Shown: positions 23,201 to 36,300 of the stretch, in pieces
Position numbering within the stretch: position 1 is the first letter of the stretch
Layout of the letters: the number at the start of each line of letters is the position of its first letter
Assembly: GCF_037042905.1 (NCBI RefSeq)
Contig: NC_087252.1
Span: forward strand, 22,508,001-22,572,000
Direction of reading: 5' to 3'
Length of the DNA: 64,000 nucleotides
Source of the DNA: Lytechinus pictus
Taxonomy: Eukaryota
The notes under the pieces: model-generated
Told to the model about the DNA's origin: nothing
Seen by the model: only the letters and a program-made list of their open reading frames with translations
Databases searched by the model: none
Translations under genes and position numbers: made by a program

Positions 23201-25999
23201 GGCCTATGACATATCTCGTACTTACTGTGAAAGGCCTTGCCAGCTGCAAAGGATCGACGAGGGCGTTTCTGGAAATTCTGGTCTTGAACTACATTTTTTT
23301 TCTTGTTTTTCTTCTTTATTTTCTATATTAATCGACACATTTGCATCGATCCCCAGGTGCATGCAGCCTCTCTATTCTACCCCATCTTTATTTTTGTTTT
23401 CCCCTTAGACTTAGTTTTAGTTCCTCTTTCCCTTCCCATTATTTTCCTTCTCTCTCGATTTCTTTTCCCCTTATTGCTGGGGGATACCAAGGGTGACATG
23501 GATAGACAAGCAAACTTACTTGATCGACCCCCCCCCCCTTAATTGGCCCCATTGGAAATTATGCCAGTAGTCTTGTCTTGTCTTGGGTTAAGTCGGCATA
23601 TGCAGACTTGCTGTACTCCGCCAACTTTATCAATTATCAATTCTCCAATGAACCAGTTTCTAACGTTCTCAACACTGTGTATATTATGCCGGGATATTAT
23701 GTTGACTGTCAAACAAATATCCAACAAACTATAGTTTCCAACATTGTGTCAATGTTAACTGCATGTCCAATAAACTATTCCAATTACGCTGTCCACGTTG
23801 TGCCATTGTCCGTTGTTCAACAACTCTCCATCAAACTAGTTTCCAACTTTGTCAACGTTGTGCCATTGTCGACTGTCCAACAAATCTCCAAGAAAATAGT
23901 TTCCAACGTTGTTCCTTTGTCGGTTGTTCAGCAACTCTCCATCGAACTAGTTTCCGACGTAGTCAACGCTGTGCCTTTGTTGGCTGTTCAACACCTATCC
24001 AATCAAACACGCGTTTCCAACGTTGTGACGTTGTTGGCTGTCCAATAAATCTCCAACACACTAGTTTCCAATGTTGTGCCATTTATTGTCTGTTGTTCAA
24101 CAACTTTCCAACGTTGCCAACGTTGTGTCATCGTCGACTATCCTACTGATCTCCAATCTACCAGTTTCCAACGTTGTGCCAGTGTCAGTTGTTCAACAAC
24201 TTTCCATCTAACTAGTTTCCAGCTTTATCAACGTTGTGTCATTGTATACTATCTAACTAATCTCCAATCTACCAGTTTCCAATGTTGTGCCATCGTCGAC
24301 TATCCAACAAATCTCCATCGAACTAGTTTCTAGCTTTGACAACGTTGTGCCATAGTTGGTTGTTCAACAACTTTCCATCGAACTAGTTTCCAACGTTGCC
24401 AACCTTGTGTCATCGTTGACTATCCAACTAATCTCCAACCTACTAATTTCCATCGTTGTGCCATTGTCGACTGTCCAACAACTCTCCAACTAACAAGTTT
24501 CCAACGTTGCCAACGTCGTGTCATTGTTGATTGTTCAACAACTTTCCAGCGAACTAGTTTCCAACGTTGCCAACGTTGTGTCTTTGCTGGCTGTCAACAA
24601 CTATCCAATCAAACGTGTCTCCAATGTTGTGACATTGTCGACTGTCCAACAACTCTCCAACTTACTAGTCTCCAACGTTGTGCCATTGTCGACCGTCCAA
24701 CAAATCTCCAACAAACTAGTTTCCAACTTTGTCAACGTTGTGCCATTGTCGGTTGTTCAACAACTTTCCAGCGAACTAGTTTCCAACGTTGCCAACGTTG
24801 TGCCTTTGCTGGCTGTTCAACAACTATCCAATCAAACGTGTTTCCAACGTTGTGACATTGTCGACTGTCCAACAACTCTCCGACTAACAAGTTTCCAACG
24901 TTGCCAACGTCGTGTCATTGTTGATTGTCCATCATCTTTCCATCAAACTAGTTTCCAACGTCGATTCAACGTTAATCCATCAAGTTTTCCCAACGTCCAA
25001 CGACTTTCAAGTTTCCAACGTGGAGCCAACGTTGGCTTGTTACCTGGGGATATCTAGAGGTACCACAGCGCGTAAAATGTATGAATAATAATTTACTTTT
25101 GCAATAATAACCACAATCAGTCATTCGAGATAAAAGGGAAATTAATTATGGAGGAAAAAGGTATGTCTTAATTAAGGGAAGATTTGAAGCTAAGAATACT
25201 GGAAGAGGGATGGCATTATTTTGACCTTAACATCCCCATGAACACATGGTATCACCCAATGGCTATTTGTACCAAGTGTAAACACAATTGATGCAGAAAT
25301 TAAGAAATTAGAGCAATTTGAACAAAAACATACCCTTTTGACCCCTAGAGGACCTTTAACCCCATTATCTTCAACACAATTGTGGTATTACGCAAGGGTC
25401 ATTTCTACAATGTGTATAGGCACATATTGATGCAGAAACAAAGAAATGAGGGTAATTTGAAAAAAAAGACCTTTGAACCCCTAGATGACCTTTGACCCTA
25501 TCACCCTCATGGACACACATTACCCAAGGATCATAATTATGTATCAAGTATGAAGAAGTAACGAAATGAGAGCATTTTTGTAACAGAGTTATGGACCAAT
25601 AAACAGACTAAACAGGAAAAATGATAAGCCTACTACATGTAGGTCTCTGCCGGCCTTCGTTCAGGCGAGACAAAAAGGGTATATGGGTTGTGTAACCCTA
25701 TATCTCCTCAGTTGTTTGTGAAAAAGGACATCGCATTTAAGGTCGTGTGATACCCTCACCCCTCAAAAAATATATATATGCATAAATCTATCATGCTATC
25801 AACAGATTATCGTCAAAATAAACAAAAAAACATTTACAATAATCCCCAACCCATGATCATCGTCATCATCGTCATCTACACCTCACCTTGGTTCTACGAT
25901 GTCCGTCATTATGTCTCCACAGCCGACATCGTACGGTCCGCGGCCTGCTGGCACTGCTCGACCTTTGGGCCTACGTCGAGTTTCTCGCAAAGATGTCAT
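11908..25999 (-). CDS. PAFAH2/PLA2G7: Platelet-activating factor acetylhydrolase (group VII/lipoprotein-associated PLA2 family), 9 coding exons, 428 aa
   Basis: join(-): 25887-25999, 18583-18737, 17016-17181, 16432-16585, 15081-15194, 14514-14605, 13704-13889, 12696-12844, 11908-12065 = 1287 nt. All introns GT-AG and phase-consistent. Motifs GPYDVGC, LRLFYP, FSHGLGG, AVEHR, GHSYGG (Ser), DPW (Asp) and HQCQTD (His). Confidence 0.93.
12696..12844 (-). CDS. PAFAH2/PLA2G7: PAF-AH coding exon 8 (catalytic His)
   Basis: GMDHQCQTDLGFVFPPFIAKILKMRDKLHPKVAIETNNDAMIAFLSKYI. Confidence 0.94.
13190..13600 (+). repeat. Imperfect (CAT/CAC)n microsatellite in PAF-AH intron 7
   Basis: Direct inspection. 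Confidence 0.9.
13704..13889 (-). CDS. PAFAH2/PLA2G7: PAF-AH coding exon 7 (catalytic Asp)
   Basis: CGVACDPWGYPLSLDTSFRCMDQPMLFINTEKFQFKDNIEH...RQMITI. Confidence 0.94.
14020..14310 (+). repeat. AT-rich degenerate ~7 bp (AAATTCA/AAATTTA) repeat
   Basis: Direct inspection. Confidence 0.7.
14514..14605 (-). CDS. PAFAH2/PLA2G7: PAF-AH coding exon 6 (catalytic Ser)
   Basis: GRLDLSSAAICGHSYGGATTIATLSHDKRF. Confidence 0.95.
15081..15194 (-). CDS. PAFAH2/PLA2G7: PAF-AH coding exon 5
   Basis: ITQRRDECIASLSFLEVLDDGFNYQSDIDRDFDLLQFK. Confidence 0.92.
15411..15993. mobile_element. Kolobok-like MITE with ~190 bp inverted arms
   Basis: AGGGATGGTCC...GGACCATCCCT, flanked by ATAA/TTAA. Long TIR similarity. 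Confidence 0.8.
16432..16585 (-). CDS. PAFAH2/PLA2G7: PAF-AH coding exon 4
   Basis: RENSACHSFFLTES...VDDLRLKQ|gtag. Confidence 0.9.
17016..17181 (-). CDS. PAFAH2/PLA2G7: PAF-AH coding exon 3
   Basis: NIKLPAHWHGKLSESKTKYPVIIFSHGLGGCRTLYTSICMDIASCGCIVAAVEH. Confidence 0.95.
18300..18526 (-). mobile_element. 5'-truncated tRNA-derived SINE
   Basis: (TTA)n tail, the core shared with the 40970 SINE, and B box GGGTTCGAATCCC on the minus strand. Confidence 0.8.
18583..18737 (-). CDS. PAFAH2/PLA2G7: PAF-AH coding exon 2
   Basis: ILLRLFYPIDHLENGIPMEQRPSWLPSDHYAHGFADIGGVKFLGTRIKKLL. Confidence 0.92.
19358..25048. mobile_element. Non-autonomous CACTA/EnSpm (CMC)-like element, 5.7 kb, in PAF-AH intron 1
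   Basis: TIR CCCAGGTAACAA/TTGTTACCTGGG with a 2 bp GA TSD (19356-57, 25049-50). Subterminal arrays of the palindrome CAACGTTG at 19370-19935, 20380-20560 and 23730-25035. No transposase ORF. Confidence 0.85.
21754..22397. repeat. Near-perfect ~280 bp inverted repeat with 86 bp spacer
   Basis: Arms at 21754-22033 and 22120-22397. The ORF track shows the same peptide on both strands. Confidence 0.95.
25200..25676 (-). mobile_element. Helentron-derived HINE (degenerate)
   Basis: Ends in ...AGGCGAGACAAAAA (reverse of TTTTTGTCTCGCC) with TGACCTTT-type internal repeats. The left boundary is approximate. Confidence 0.55.
25887..25999 (-). CDS. PAFAH2/PLA2G7: PAF-AH coding exon 1
   Basis: MTSLRETRRRPKGRAVPAGRGPYDVGCGDIMTDIVEP|gtgag. 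Confidence 0.88.
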
Positions 26000-26550
26000 G
26001 ATGATCGTACATTTATAATACGTTATCTAATATAGTTAATGATAGTAATAGAAGTTCACTGAAAGAATGTTTGAAAATACTGATAAATTTGCCATAAATT
26101 TGCCATAATGATAAATTTGCCATTATGTTGGATATCGGGCAGTTGCCACCATGAATTTTCAAACCCGATTTATTGAGATTAATAAAAATGCATGCCCCAA
26201 ACGCCCATGTGATTAGAAAAGTCGCATTGCTCCCTCTTTTTTAAATACCAAAATGTTTTGTATAAAATTCTTTTTGATATGCATGGAACGGATGTACATT
26301 ATTCTATGCAGATTGAGAGTGCATCTCATTTGACCAATATATGACCAAGGTATTCAGCTAATATCACGTAAAATGAAATTTAAATGGCGTTTTTTACATT
26401 TTACATGTTTTTTCTCACAAACTATAAATGAACAGATATCATAATGATCGAGGAGGGATAGAGTTTGATCTGAATTATGACTGCATTTTGCCATGTAACA
26501 AAGTAACACGAAATCAATCTTAAATAAACTTTTCTAATTTACTTACCTAT

Positions 26551-28436
26551 GGTGTATTTAGTTCTTAGTATCGGGGTTTTTACAACCATTTCTCGAGCTC
26601 CTTGCCAGAGGTGACCACACTGAGCTTTCCTATCAATAGGTCAGTTCAGAAAGGGCATATATTGACCAAAAGAGCTACAGCAAACATAACTTATCCTCTG
26701 CACTCCTGACTTCTGTAATTCATCACAAGCAACCATATACTTTCTTCATGTATCAACTGGTTCCACTTGGCAACAGGGTAAAGTTGAGTTCAGACCTGAT
26801 CCAGAATTGTGTTTAAGTACGTGCACCCCTTCCAAGGGAACCTCTCTTCATTATTCAGCAGAAAGGTACAGATAAATGCCCGGTAGTAATGGTGGAGACA
26901 TAGATCGGGCCTAAACAACCATGATTGGCATACAATAACACTTCAATAATGTCACCGAAACATGCATCAGTATTGTTCAGATTCGTCTATCATATCCCCA
27001 TTATAAACCCCACTGACATTTTTTTCTGCTTGCACTTTTACTATGAGATTCCCTCAGCGAGTAGCAGAAAAAAATAGGCAAAGAATTCCTCTTTTGATGA
27101 TGCTGTTGTAGCAAGTGTGGTGACATATCAGGAACCGGTCGCAAACATTAATATGTCCTAGCTTTTATACCGTGAGGCATACTTACCCAGCTATAAACAA
27201 AACAAAAGTTAAAGAGGAATGAACGAACACAATATCAGTCGTGTTCAGGGAAAATTATTTATTTTAGCAGGCTGTGTAGACATAGGCCAGACCAGTTAAG
27301 GCTCGCAGTGTTCTCTCCTTCCGATGTTCCTCATTACCATCCTGATAAATTTCCTAAGGTATGCCTCATTATCATGATTATATAGTGCACAAAATCATTC
27401 CACTTCCAGGGTCCACAGATAATCAATAAATTATTGCCTATTTTCTTTTCGTGATGTTCATGGACGCCAGGGTTTCAAATCACTAGCCTACGAGGTGTAT
27501 TTAGTTCTTAGTATCGGGGTTTTTACAACCATTTCTCGAGCTCCTTGCCAGAGGTGACCACACTGAGCTTTCCTATCAATAGGTCAGTTCAGAAAGGGCA
27601 TATATTGACCAAAAGAGCTACAGCAAACATAACTTATCCTCTGCACTCCTGACTTCTGTAATTCATCACAAGCAACCATATACTTTCTTCATGTATCAAC
27701 TGGTTCCACTTGGCAACAGGGTAAAGTTGAGTTCAGACCTGATCCAGAATTGTGTTTAAGTACGTGCACCCCTTCCAAGGGAACCTCTCTTCATTATTCA
27801 GCAGAAAGGTACAGATAAATGCCCGGTAGTAATGGTGGAGACATAGATCGGGCCTAAACAACCATGATTGGCATACAATAACACTTCAATAATGTCACCG
27901 AAACATGCATCAGTATTGTTCAGATTCGTCTATCATATCCCCATTATAAACCCCACTGACATTTTTTTCTGCTTGCACTTTTACTATGAGATTCCCTCAG
28001 CGAGTAGCAGAAAAAAATAGGCAAAGAATTCCTCTTTTGATGATGCTGTTGTAGCAAGTGTGGTGACATATCAGGAACCGGTCGCAAACATTACTATGTC
28101 CTAGCTTTTATACCGTGAGGCATACTTACCCAGCTATAAACAAAACAAAAGTTAAAGAGGAATGAACGAACACAATATCAGTCGTGTTCAGGGAAAATTA
28201 TTTATTTTAGCAGGCTGTGTAGACATAGGCCAGACCAGTTAAGGCTCGCAGTGTTCTCTCCTTCCGATGTTCCTCATTACCATCCTGATAAATTTCCTAA
28301 GGTATGCCTCATTATCATGATTATATAGTGCACAAAATCATTCCACTTCCAGGGTCCACAGATAATCAATAAATTATTGCTTATTTTCTTTTCGTGATGT
28401 TCATGGACGCCAGGGTTTCAAATCACTAGCCTACGA
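26551..28436 (+). repeat. Near-perfect 943 bp tandem duplication (two copies)
   Basis: Units at 26551-27493 and 27494-28436. Only two substitutions noticed by eye. GG microhomology at the junction. Confidence 0.97.
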
Positions 28437-30069
28437 GGCGCGAAAACAAAGGTAACGTAAATGCCTGCAAAATAACTTTCCAGAATTTCGTTCGAGGTCT
28501 ACGTTGACATACAAGTATGTGTACCGTATGAATATAGGCCTACATGCGTCGAGATTAATATTCCGAATCAGAGTTGCGTTTCTTCAGAAGGTAACCGGAT
28601 TAAGAACAAAACAAAAAAGCTTGACTGATGACGTCATCGTCCAGTTACCCTTCTTGTGATGATCTATGTGAGAGGACTAACAGATCAGTGGTTATTCTCC
28701 GTGAATCAAAATTCTTCACTCCTATTCAGTTTCTGTTTTGGTGAGCAATTTCACATAAAGGATTTTGACGGACGCTTAACCTAAGAAGCTCGATCCGCTT
28801 CACGAAACTTGGCTAATCAGATAATCTCCATCGGTATTCAATAGAGATTAAATTCTTCAATGGTTCTTTCAAACGTTCCTCGGCGAATACTATCAGGTGG
28901 TTTTTGCTTCACGACGGACGGAAAACAGAAAATGTATTGAAAATGCCCTCCAAATGACAATGAACAGCTGGTATATAGGTCTTTGGTGAAAATTGGTGAA
29001 TCCTAAGTTTCGGAGCTAACGAAAAATTTCAAAAAAAAAGTTGTCCAGAGTTCACGATGGAATTGATTTATCAATTATTTTCAGCAAAGACATTTTGGTT
29101 TCTCATTGTCATGAAGGGCATTCGACAACATATTTTCTATGTTAAATCTTACAAGCGTTCTGCGTGGCCCCTGTAAAAACTCCCAGCTAGAGAATAGAAG
29201 AGGGAGGAAGCGCCGACTGATTGACAGAGCTATGTTTTTTCCCAGGACTTATCATGTTGGCTTGTCTTGTAGGTGCACAAAGATTTTGGCGATGAATCAA
29301 GATCCAAGGGTACGTTTTCTAAGGACATGGAACAAGGGCAATTGAAGCAACAGGATATTGATCCCTTAAAGACCTAGACCGGAGCCATAAGTGGAATTGA
29401 TAAATGAGATCAAACTATTAAAGCTAGATTGTATAAGGTTTATGCATATTCACCTTTTGACAGCCGGAATATTTTGTCAGGAGGGTTGTGATTGTATATA
29501 GCTGTGTGCGTATAAAATAATTATTACGACTTGTCAATTTCACTTTAGGGTCCATTAGGAGTCTTTAAAACATGATTTAATCTTACAATTTACTATTTGA
29601 AAGCCCGGGGATCACTGATATTGAAGAGGGAACAAGACATGCGCGACAAAATAAAACGCGGGAAAGGGGGTGTTAGTTTCGCGGGTAGGCGCAGAACACG
29701 AATGGAGTGTCAAACAGGCCCAAAATGAGAAAAAGCCCCCTTAATCACGATGGACTAAACCTCGAATAGAGTAGGTATGTAAACCGACCGTTGGGAAGCC
29801 AATTTCAGAACACACACACTTCCACAATACATATCAAAAAGCACAGCAACAAAAAATGTCGATAACCAAGATTGCACAATGATAGGAGGAAAAACTACTT
29901 TTAATGTTCCATGATAGATTTAAAGTTTGCTTTCAAAGCAGTTCTACAAAATTAAATGCACCTCACCACTCATATCCTGCCTAGATAAAGAGGGTTAAGA
30001 GAACTTGGAGAAGAAGGGGAGAGAAGATGAAGAAGAGATATATTTAATAAATGAAAGGCGAAAGCAGCA

Positions 30070-30310
30070 GATAATAATAATAATATTCCGCATTTATATA
30101 GCGCTTAACACATCGGAACGACATCTCTAAGCGCTTTACAGATATATTATTACCCCGGTCATCGGATCCTTGCATGCCCGCATACAATGTATGCACCTTC
30201 TCCATTCCCTGGGGAGCATTCCAACAAGAGTTCTAAGACTCAATTGCTAGGCATACTACATAGGCTTTCGCATCCTACCGGGTACCCATTTAACACCTGG
30301 GTGGAGAGTG
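30070..30310 (-). mobile_element. 5'-truncated SINE with LINE2-like 3' tail
   Basis: (TTA)n tail, AAAGCGCTTAGAG..TTAAGCGCTATATAAAT 3' end and CACCCAGGTGTTAAATGGGTACC core. Confidence 0.75.
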
Positions 30311-31774
30311 GGGATGGGAGCTAAAGAAAAGAGATGAAAAAGATCAGACAAGAGAGAGATAGAGAGAGAGAGAAGGGAGAAAAAATGCTCCACCTGTGTA
30401 AAATATCAGGCAGTGAACTGTCCCGGGGAGCTATCGTTAGATAAAAGGGGATAAAAATGATTTGACCATAATTATCTTTTTCAACTTATGAAAATTAAGT
30501 TTTCCTGGTTTAAATTATCAATTATTCTGACAGTTTAGGCAGATTTTCCCATGAATAGGCAAAATACGGAAAAGGGGCGAGAAATTTCGGCAGCCCCCTG
30601 AAAGGGTAGGCTCCAATTCCCTAGCACTTTCATATATCTATAGCTGATAGATAAAAGCCTACTATTTTGTCCCCACTCCCCAGGTGGTTTAATTACAATA
30701 AAAGTGGCTTTACTACATTGCAGAAATTTTATTTTTGCCTCCATGGGGCCTCAAAATGGCAGATTTTTTTTACATAAATAGACAAAATACTGAAAATAGC
30801 AGAATGACTTTGAGAGAGAAGGTTGCAGCACCTCTTTATTAATAACAGATATATAAAAGGTTACTCCTTTGTCTTAAAGTGGTTTCAGATGAATAAAAGA
30901 GGGTTTACTACATATTAGAAATGCTTCCTCTCTCAATAGGGACTTCAAAATGACAAATTTTCCAAGAAATTGACAAACTTCGGAGAAAGGATGGGGTGAC
31001 TTGGCGCCCCCCCCCCCGGGGGAGGCCATTCGGTCAATGAACCCTTTAAAAGAATTTAAAATGTAAAGAAATTAGAAAAAAAAAAGAGTTTGAAGAAAGA
31101 AAATGGAATATGGTTGGGATCAGATGATTTCCCCAGTGAACAAGAAATGCTAATTGATTCATAAAGCGTTGGATCTCAAACTAACGGCACTACAAGATTG
31201 TGAAAACTAGCCCATATATGGTTGTTAAAACATATTTGAAACGTTTAGAAATATTGCGAAAATCTTCATTTTTTTATGAATAACACATATTGTAGTTATA
31301 TAAAGCTCCTCATGTTTAACAACACAAAACACGTTATCGTATCAATGTTTTCATATCTACTTGAGATGGAAGTGGATATTGGCCATGAGTGTATTCCTTT
31401 TTTGAAGGTTTGATATCTAAATCTCATTTTGTAATGTTACTATTACGTTATAGCTGTCACCCACCAACATCTTGATACATGAATGACGTACTATGGCATA
31501 TACAAGCGGAGATATGGCAACATACATTTCACCTTACCCTTAAAGGTTATTGATTTTTTTACATTTTTTACATTGCTCTTCAAATTCGACTTTATAGAAA
31601 AAACTGATTCCACAATTTTAGACTACTACGTACCTAGCAGTAATCTAGAGGGTCCATACTATCCCCCTATGGTGTCAAACCTCTATTTTCGTGTTGGTTC
31701 TACGTGAGGGCCTTGTGGGCCCTATGAGATTTTGATCCCGGACTAATTGCTGTAAACGATAGAATATGCCCTTT

Positions 31775-31936
31775 CTATTCATAAAGCTATTCGTAAATTA
31801 CAAATGACTTTACGCACGACTGGTGATCCTTTCTTGTGCTAAATGGTATCCCTGTATAATTGATATATGACTGAAGAACATGTTCCAGTCGTACGTAAAA
31901 ATGTGCGTAACTTTACGAACAGCTTTATGAAACACC
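31775..31936. mobile_element. Small MITE (imperfect TIR TTCATAAAGCT(A/G)TTCGTAA)
   Basis: Inverted termini and inverted internal ACGACTGG. Confidence 0.6.
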
Positions 31937-32403
31937 CACCTGGTGTGTGGGTGAGTGTGGCGTATGTGCGTTGTGTGTTTTCATATCTTTCTCTATGTGC
32001 TGCTCTACTCGTTTTTTGTGCGTGCCCCCCCCCCCCCCCTCTTTCTCTAGCTCTTTCTGTCTCTGAACGATTGAGCTCAACGGCTTCAGGCCAACATCCT
32101 TTCCGAGATACCTGGTAATGAGGATCACCTCTTCTTTTTCAGTAGGAGTATTTATTTGATTCGTTCCTTTCGGTACATACAAAACACTGATACAAAGTGC
32201 ATATATTTTTATTTTTTTTGGGGGGGGGGGGAATGATGACAAAATGATACCCAAAAAATGTACAGTGATTATCTTACTATCAAGTTGCAGAGTCAAGGTG
32301 AATGAATGAGTTTATTCAAAACAAAACATCAACTCATTCGCCGCCCCCCCCCCCCACCACCATCATCATCCCATCCCAAACAAGCAGCAGGCACTTATAA
32401 ATA

Positions 32404-32708
32404 GGCCCGTATTCTGAAGTCGGGTTTAATTTAAACTCTGGTTTAAATTTGTGGTGTAACTATGGATAGCCAATGGGGCACAAATCCCTAACAGTACACG
32501 TTCGATTTATTAACTCATATGACGCCCAGATTGTCTGGGAATGATAACTTAAGTATTTCGAAATATATTTCTTCATTATAAAAGCAAAAGAAAACAAAAT
32601 AGTAAACATAAGAAATAGACAATATAAACAGAATTTTTGGCTCCCCATAATTCTAACAGAGTTAGACCTTGGTCTAATTAAGTTAAACCTGACCTCAGAA
32701 TACGGGAC
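32404..32708. mobile_element. Harbinger-like MITE
   Basis: GGCCCGTATTCTGA...TCAGAATACGGGAC, with a 3 bp ATA TSD. Confidence 0.75.
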
Positions 32709-33129
32709 ATAAAAACAAAGGAAACTTTATAAAAGAAAACAGGCCTGGCCAACCAGAATAAAGTAAACACAATCATCTACCCAGACGAAAAGGAAAGCTA
32801 AACTATAGCACGGGATTTTTAAAGCAACACCGGTACAACAAAACTTTCATTTCAGCATAACGGTGAGATCAGGGACGTCCATCGTCCATCCATGTTTCGG
32901 ATGGGGGGGGGGCAGAAGTGAAAAACTATTAAGGCCTACTGCATTGCACGAGCGGAGCGCAAAAAAAACACAATTGTATATTTAGTAGTATTTTTACTTA
33001 CAATCTAAGTGGTTTTATAGTACTTTTCAATGTTTGTTGAGAGTATATTATTTACATTGCACATTTTAATTTGTTCGAGTTGTCAAAATTATTGGGGGGT
33101 GGCAAATCGATGGTAGGGTTCTATCGTTC

Positions 33130-33305
33130 TCACGCCCCCCGGAATCGACTCCTCTGGTTGAGACATCGGTAAAAGATAGACTGGTAGACGCAACGGCACG
33201 CATCGGGTATGCTTGGGGTGATGAGAAAGAAGGCTGAGACCAGACTGACCGAGCCGAGGAAAATGAAAGACGCGTCGTACGAATTAGACTTGTCAAATAA
33301 CCAAC
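33130..33305 (-). CDS. SLC16: SLC16 transporter last coding exon
   Basis: GWLFDKSNSYDASFIFLGSVSLVSAFFLITPS...FRGA*. Confidence 0.92.
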
Positions 33306-36300
33306 CTGAAGTAGATAAAACCAAAAAAAATGGTAAAGATAATCAGAATAGTCATCTGTGCCCATGCAAGTCTTCTTTTTTTGCCAAACAGTTATTAAAG
33401 GACAATATCTCCTCAAACAATGTGGTGAAAGATGGAAATGAACCATTAGCTTGTGATACATTACCCCTACACCCCCCCCCCCACTCTCACACACACGCCG
33501 TCACACACACACACACACACACACAGTTTTAAACTGGCTTTGAATGAAGTTTGAGAAACAGTTGCGAGTAACTTACCAACAGTAAAGCCACCGACAGGAA
33601 GACCTCCTCCGACTGCCATAAGAAGCAGAGATATCACGCCCTCTACGTCCCCGTCCCCGTCAGGTGCTGTATCCCGGGAAAGCAATGTTATCATACCTGT
33701 CATAGCACCTAAGGTACTACCATTTAAAACTGCAAGAATGCACAAGTCCCAAAATCGAGTTGCAGAGATGTTCATCGTGTATGCCACGAAAGACACAAAA
33801 CATAACATAACAAATAGCTTGTTGTTTGAGAAAAGCTGCCACTTGCTTACGAACCCTACGATGAAACGTCCAAAGACATTGGCAGCTCCCCCGACTGTGG
33901 CAAGGAAAATTGAATTTTCCAATGGATATCCTTTCGCGATGCCGTTTGGTACGATAAATATAACCCAACCGCTATAAGACATGCCTAGCATAAACATGGC
34001 GAATATGACACTCAAAACATCTGGCTTCTTTTCCACAATGTCAAAACATGTAAGAGCTTTCAGCGAATGCCAGACTGATTCTTGTAACGTGCTCTTGACA
34101 CCGTCTGTCTCTTTCTCGGTGACAATCGTCTTTGAATTGGGCTTCACATCTGAAGATTCCGTTGACTGTATATCCGCTTCTGCTTTACTTAGTTCCCTCA
34201 AGTGATTTTCCTCGTCAGGATTATTTTCTCGATTGCTGATCGATGTTGACTCCAAAAGCGGTTGTGAGACATTCCCTCTTCCCTCTTCCTTCACCAACGC
34301 ACCGATGGGGATGTTGTGGAAGCTGAATGCACCAAGAAGTAGCATGGCTTGTCGCCAACCGTATATGCGATTAAGTTGTTCAGCTATGACGGGGATCAAC
34401 ATCATGCCTAGACCACCAGCTGTCATTATGATGCTAGAAACTAATTCGAATTTATCTGGGAAGTACCGAACCGGAAGTGCGTGTGCAGGAAACGTCACCA
34501 TGCTGTAGCCTATACCTGGGGATGCGAAATATTGCTAATTATGGTAATTTATATAGCATTACATATATAAATGACAAAATTACACAGCTAAACAAAAATA
34601 TGAAAAATTCCATGGGAGTCCAGAAAATTTTGAAGTTCAAAATTTGACCCGAAAGTAATCATTTTTTATTATCATATCCATGTTTTTACGGGGAAATGAG
34701 ATATTTTGATGAAGGAAAAAAGTAAGTTTCCTTGAATTTCCATACCTTTTCCACCGTGAAGGTTTCAAAATTCCCATACCTCTCTCTGCCGTAAAGGTTT
34801 ATAAGTATGTACACCTTGATCTGACATCAAGGTCTCAAATTTTGTAAAACCTTCTCCAGAATGAAGGTTTGCACTTGACTGTAACCTTGCTTAGATATTA
34901 AGGATTACAAATTAGCAATACCTGTTTTGACAACAAGGTTTCCAAATTTGCAAACCTTGTTTGGAAATGAAGGTTTCCAAATCTGTAAACCTGGTTCTGA
35001 CTTCCAGATTTCACAAATTCACGAACCTTGCTCTGACATAAAAGTTTCCAAATTCATACTACTTGCTCTGACATCAAGGCATACAAAATTATACATTTTG
35101 CTTTGGCTTCAAGGTTTCTTAATATTTACATCCTGCTTTGGATTTCAATGTTTCCAAATTTGCAAATCTACCTTTTGCATCAAGGCTTGTACATTTGTCG
35201 ACCTTTTCCTGCCGTGAATGTTTACAAATTTGCAAACCTTATTTCTCACCAACGTTTACAATCTTCAAACGTTGATGTTGGAAAGAGGTTTGCACATTTT
35301 GAGACCATAACGTTAGATCTAGGTTTGCAAAGTTAGAAATCTTCACGGTAAGAGAAAGTTTTACAAATTACGAAACTTACTTTTTTTCTTTCATCGAAAT
35401 CTCAGTTTTTGGAATGAAAGTTTTAAAACAAAACAAAAAACAAGCATTGTTATATAAAAAAAAAGACTTGAGATTAAAAGTTTGCATTCCGAAGTTTCCT
35501 TTTAGAAACATGATGAAAGATAAGACAGTAATTGGGGGTTTCTATAGAAATTTTTATTTTCGTTTAGACTGTTATGATTATAAGCTGCATATGGAATATA
35601 TAACTTATGAATGTGTGGTTACAAGGGCATATAATACTTCGGACAAATCTGCGCCGATTTTAGACTAAAAACTATATCAATGAAATACATAAAAAAAATA
35701 AAAAGGTAATGACTGAACATGTGTGCTTGTAATCTTATATCTGACGAACTATCTGGAAATTCTCAAAATTCTTCCCAATAACTCAATCGAATTAATGCTT
35801 TATATTTACTTGAATCAAAGACAGTATAATTCCACATGGGCTATGCAAACTACCTCTATTTGCCGTTCAGTCTATATTACATTTGGTCTTATAATACCCA
35901 CTTAATAGTCTAATTGTAATTTGATAATACCCAAGTGGTCTAATTTCTTCTTACTTTGTCAAACAAAAATTTAGTTGGTAAATAGTTTATCCAAACATTA
36001 TAGACTAAGTGGTGTTCGACCAAATTGATTTAAGAAGAAAAGTTATAATAGTCTAACTGGAAGCTCTACAATATGGTTAGTGGGCTAACTTGCATTTAGA
36101 CCAAAATGGTAAGAAGAGCTGGCTCAACTAGAATTGGAACGAGTAGGATTAGACCAAATGGAAAATAGACACAACGGTGTAGACCAAGTGACAATTTTCC
36201 CTTTTAATTACCATAATTACCTGATGAGAGCAAAGCAGCTCCAAACTGCCAAGATGATTGTGAAAAAGAAGTCATTATATAGCATGAAGTTCCAATTATT

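Noticed and set aside
23578..25057. CAACGTTG arrays as a CRISPR array or repeat-protein ORFs (also 19338-20511)
   Set aside because: There is no constant repeat with unique spacers and no cas genes, and the context is eukaryotic. They are subterminal repeats of the CACTA-like element.
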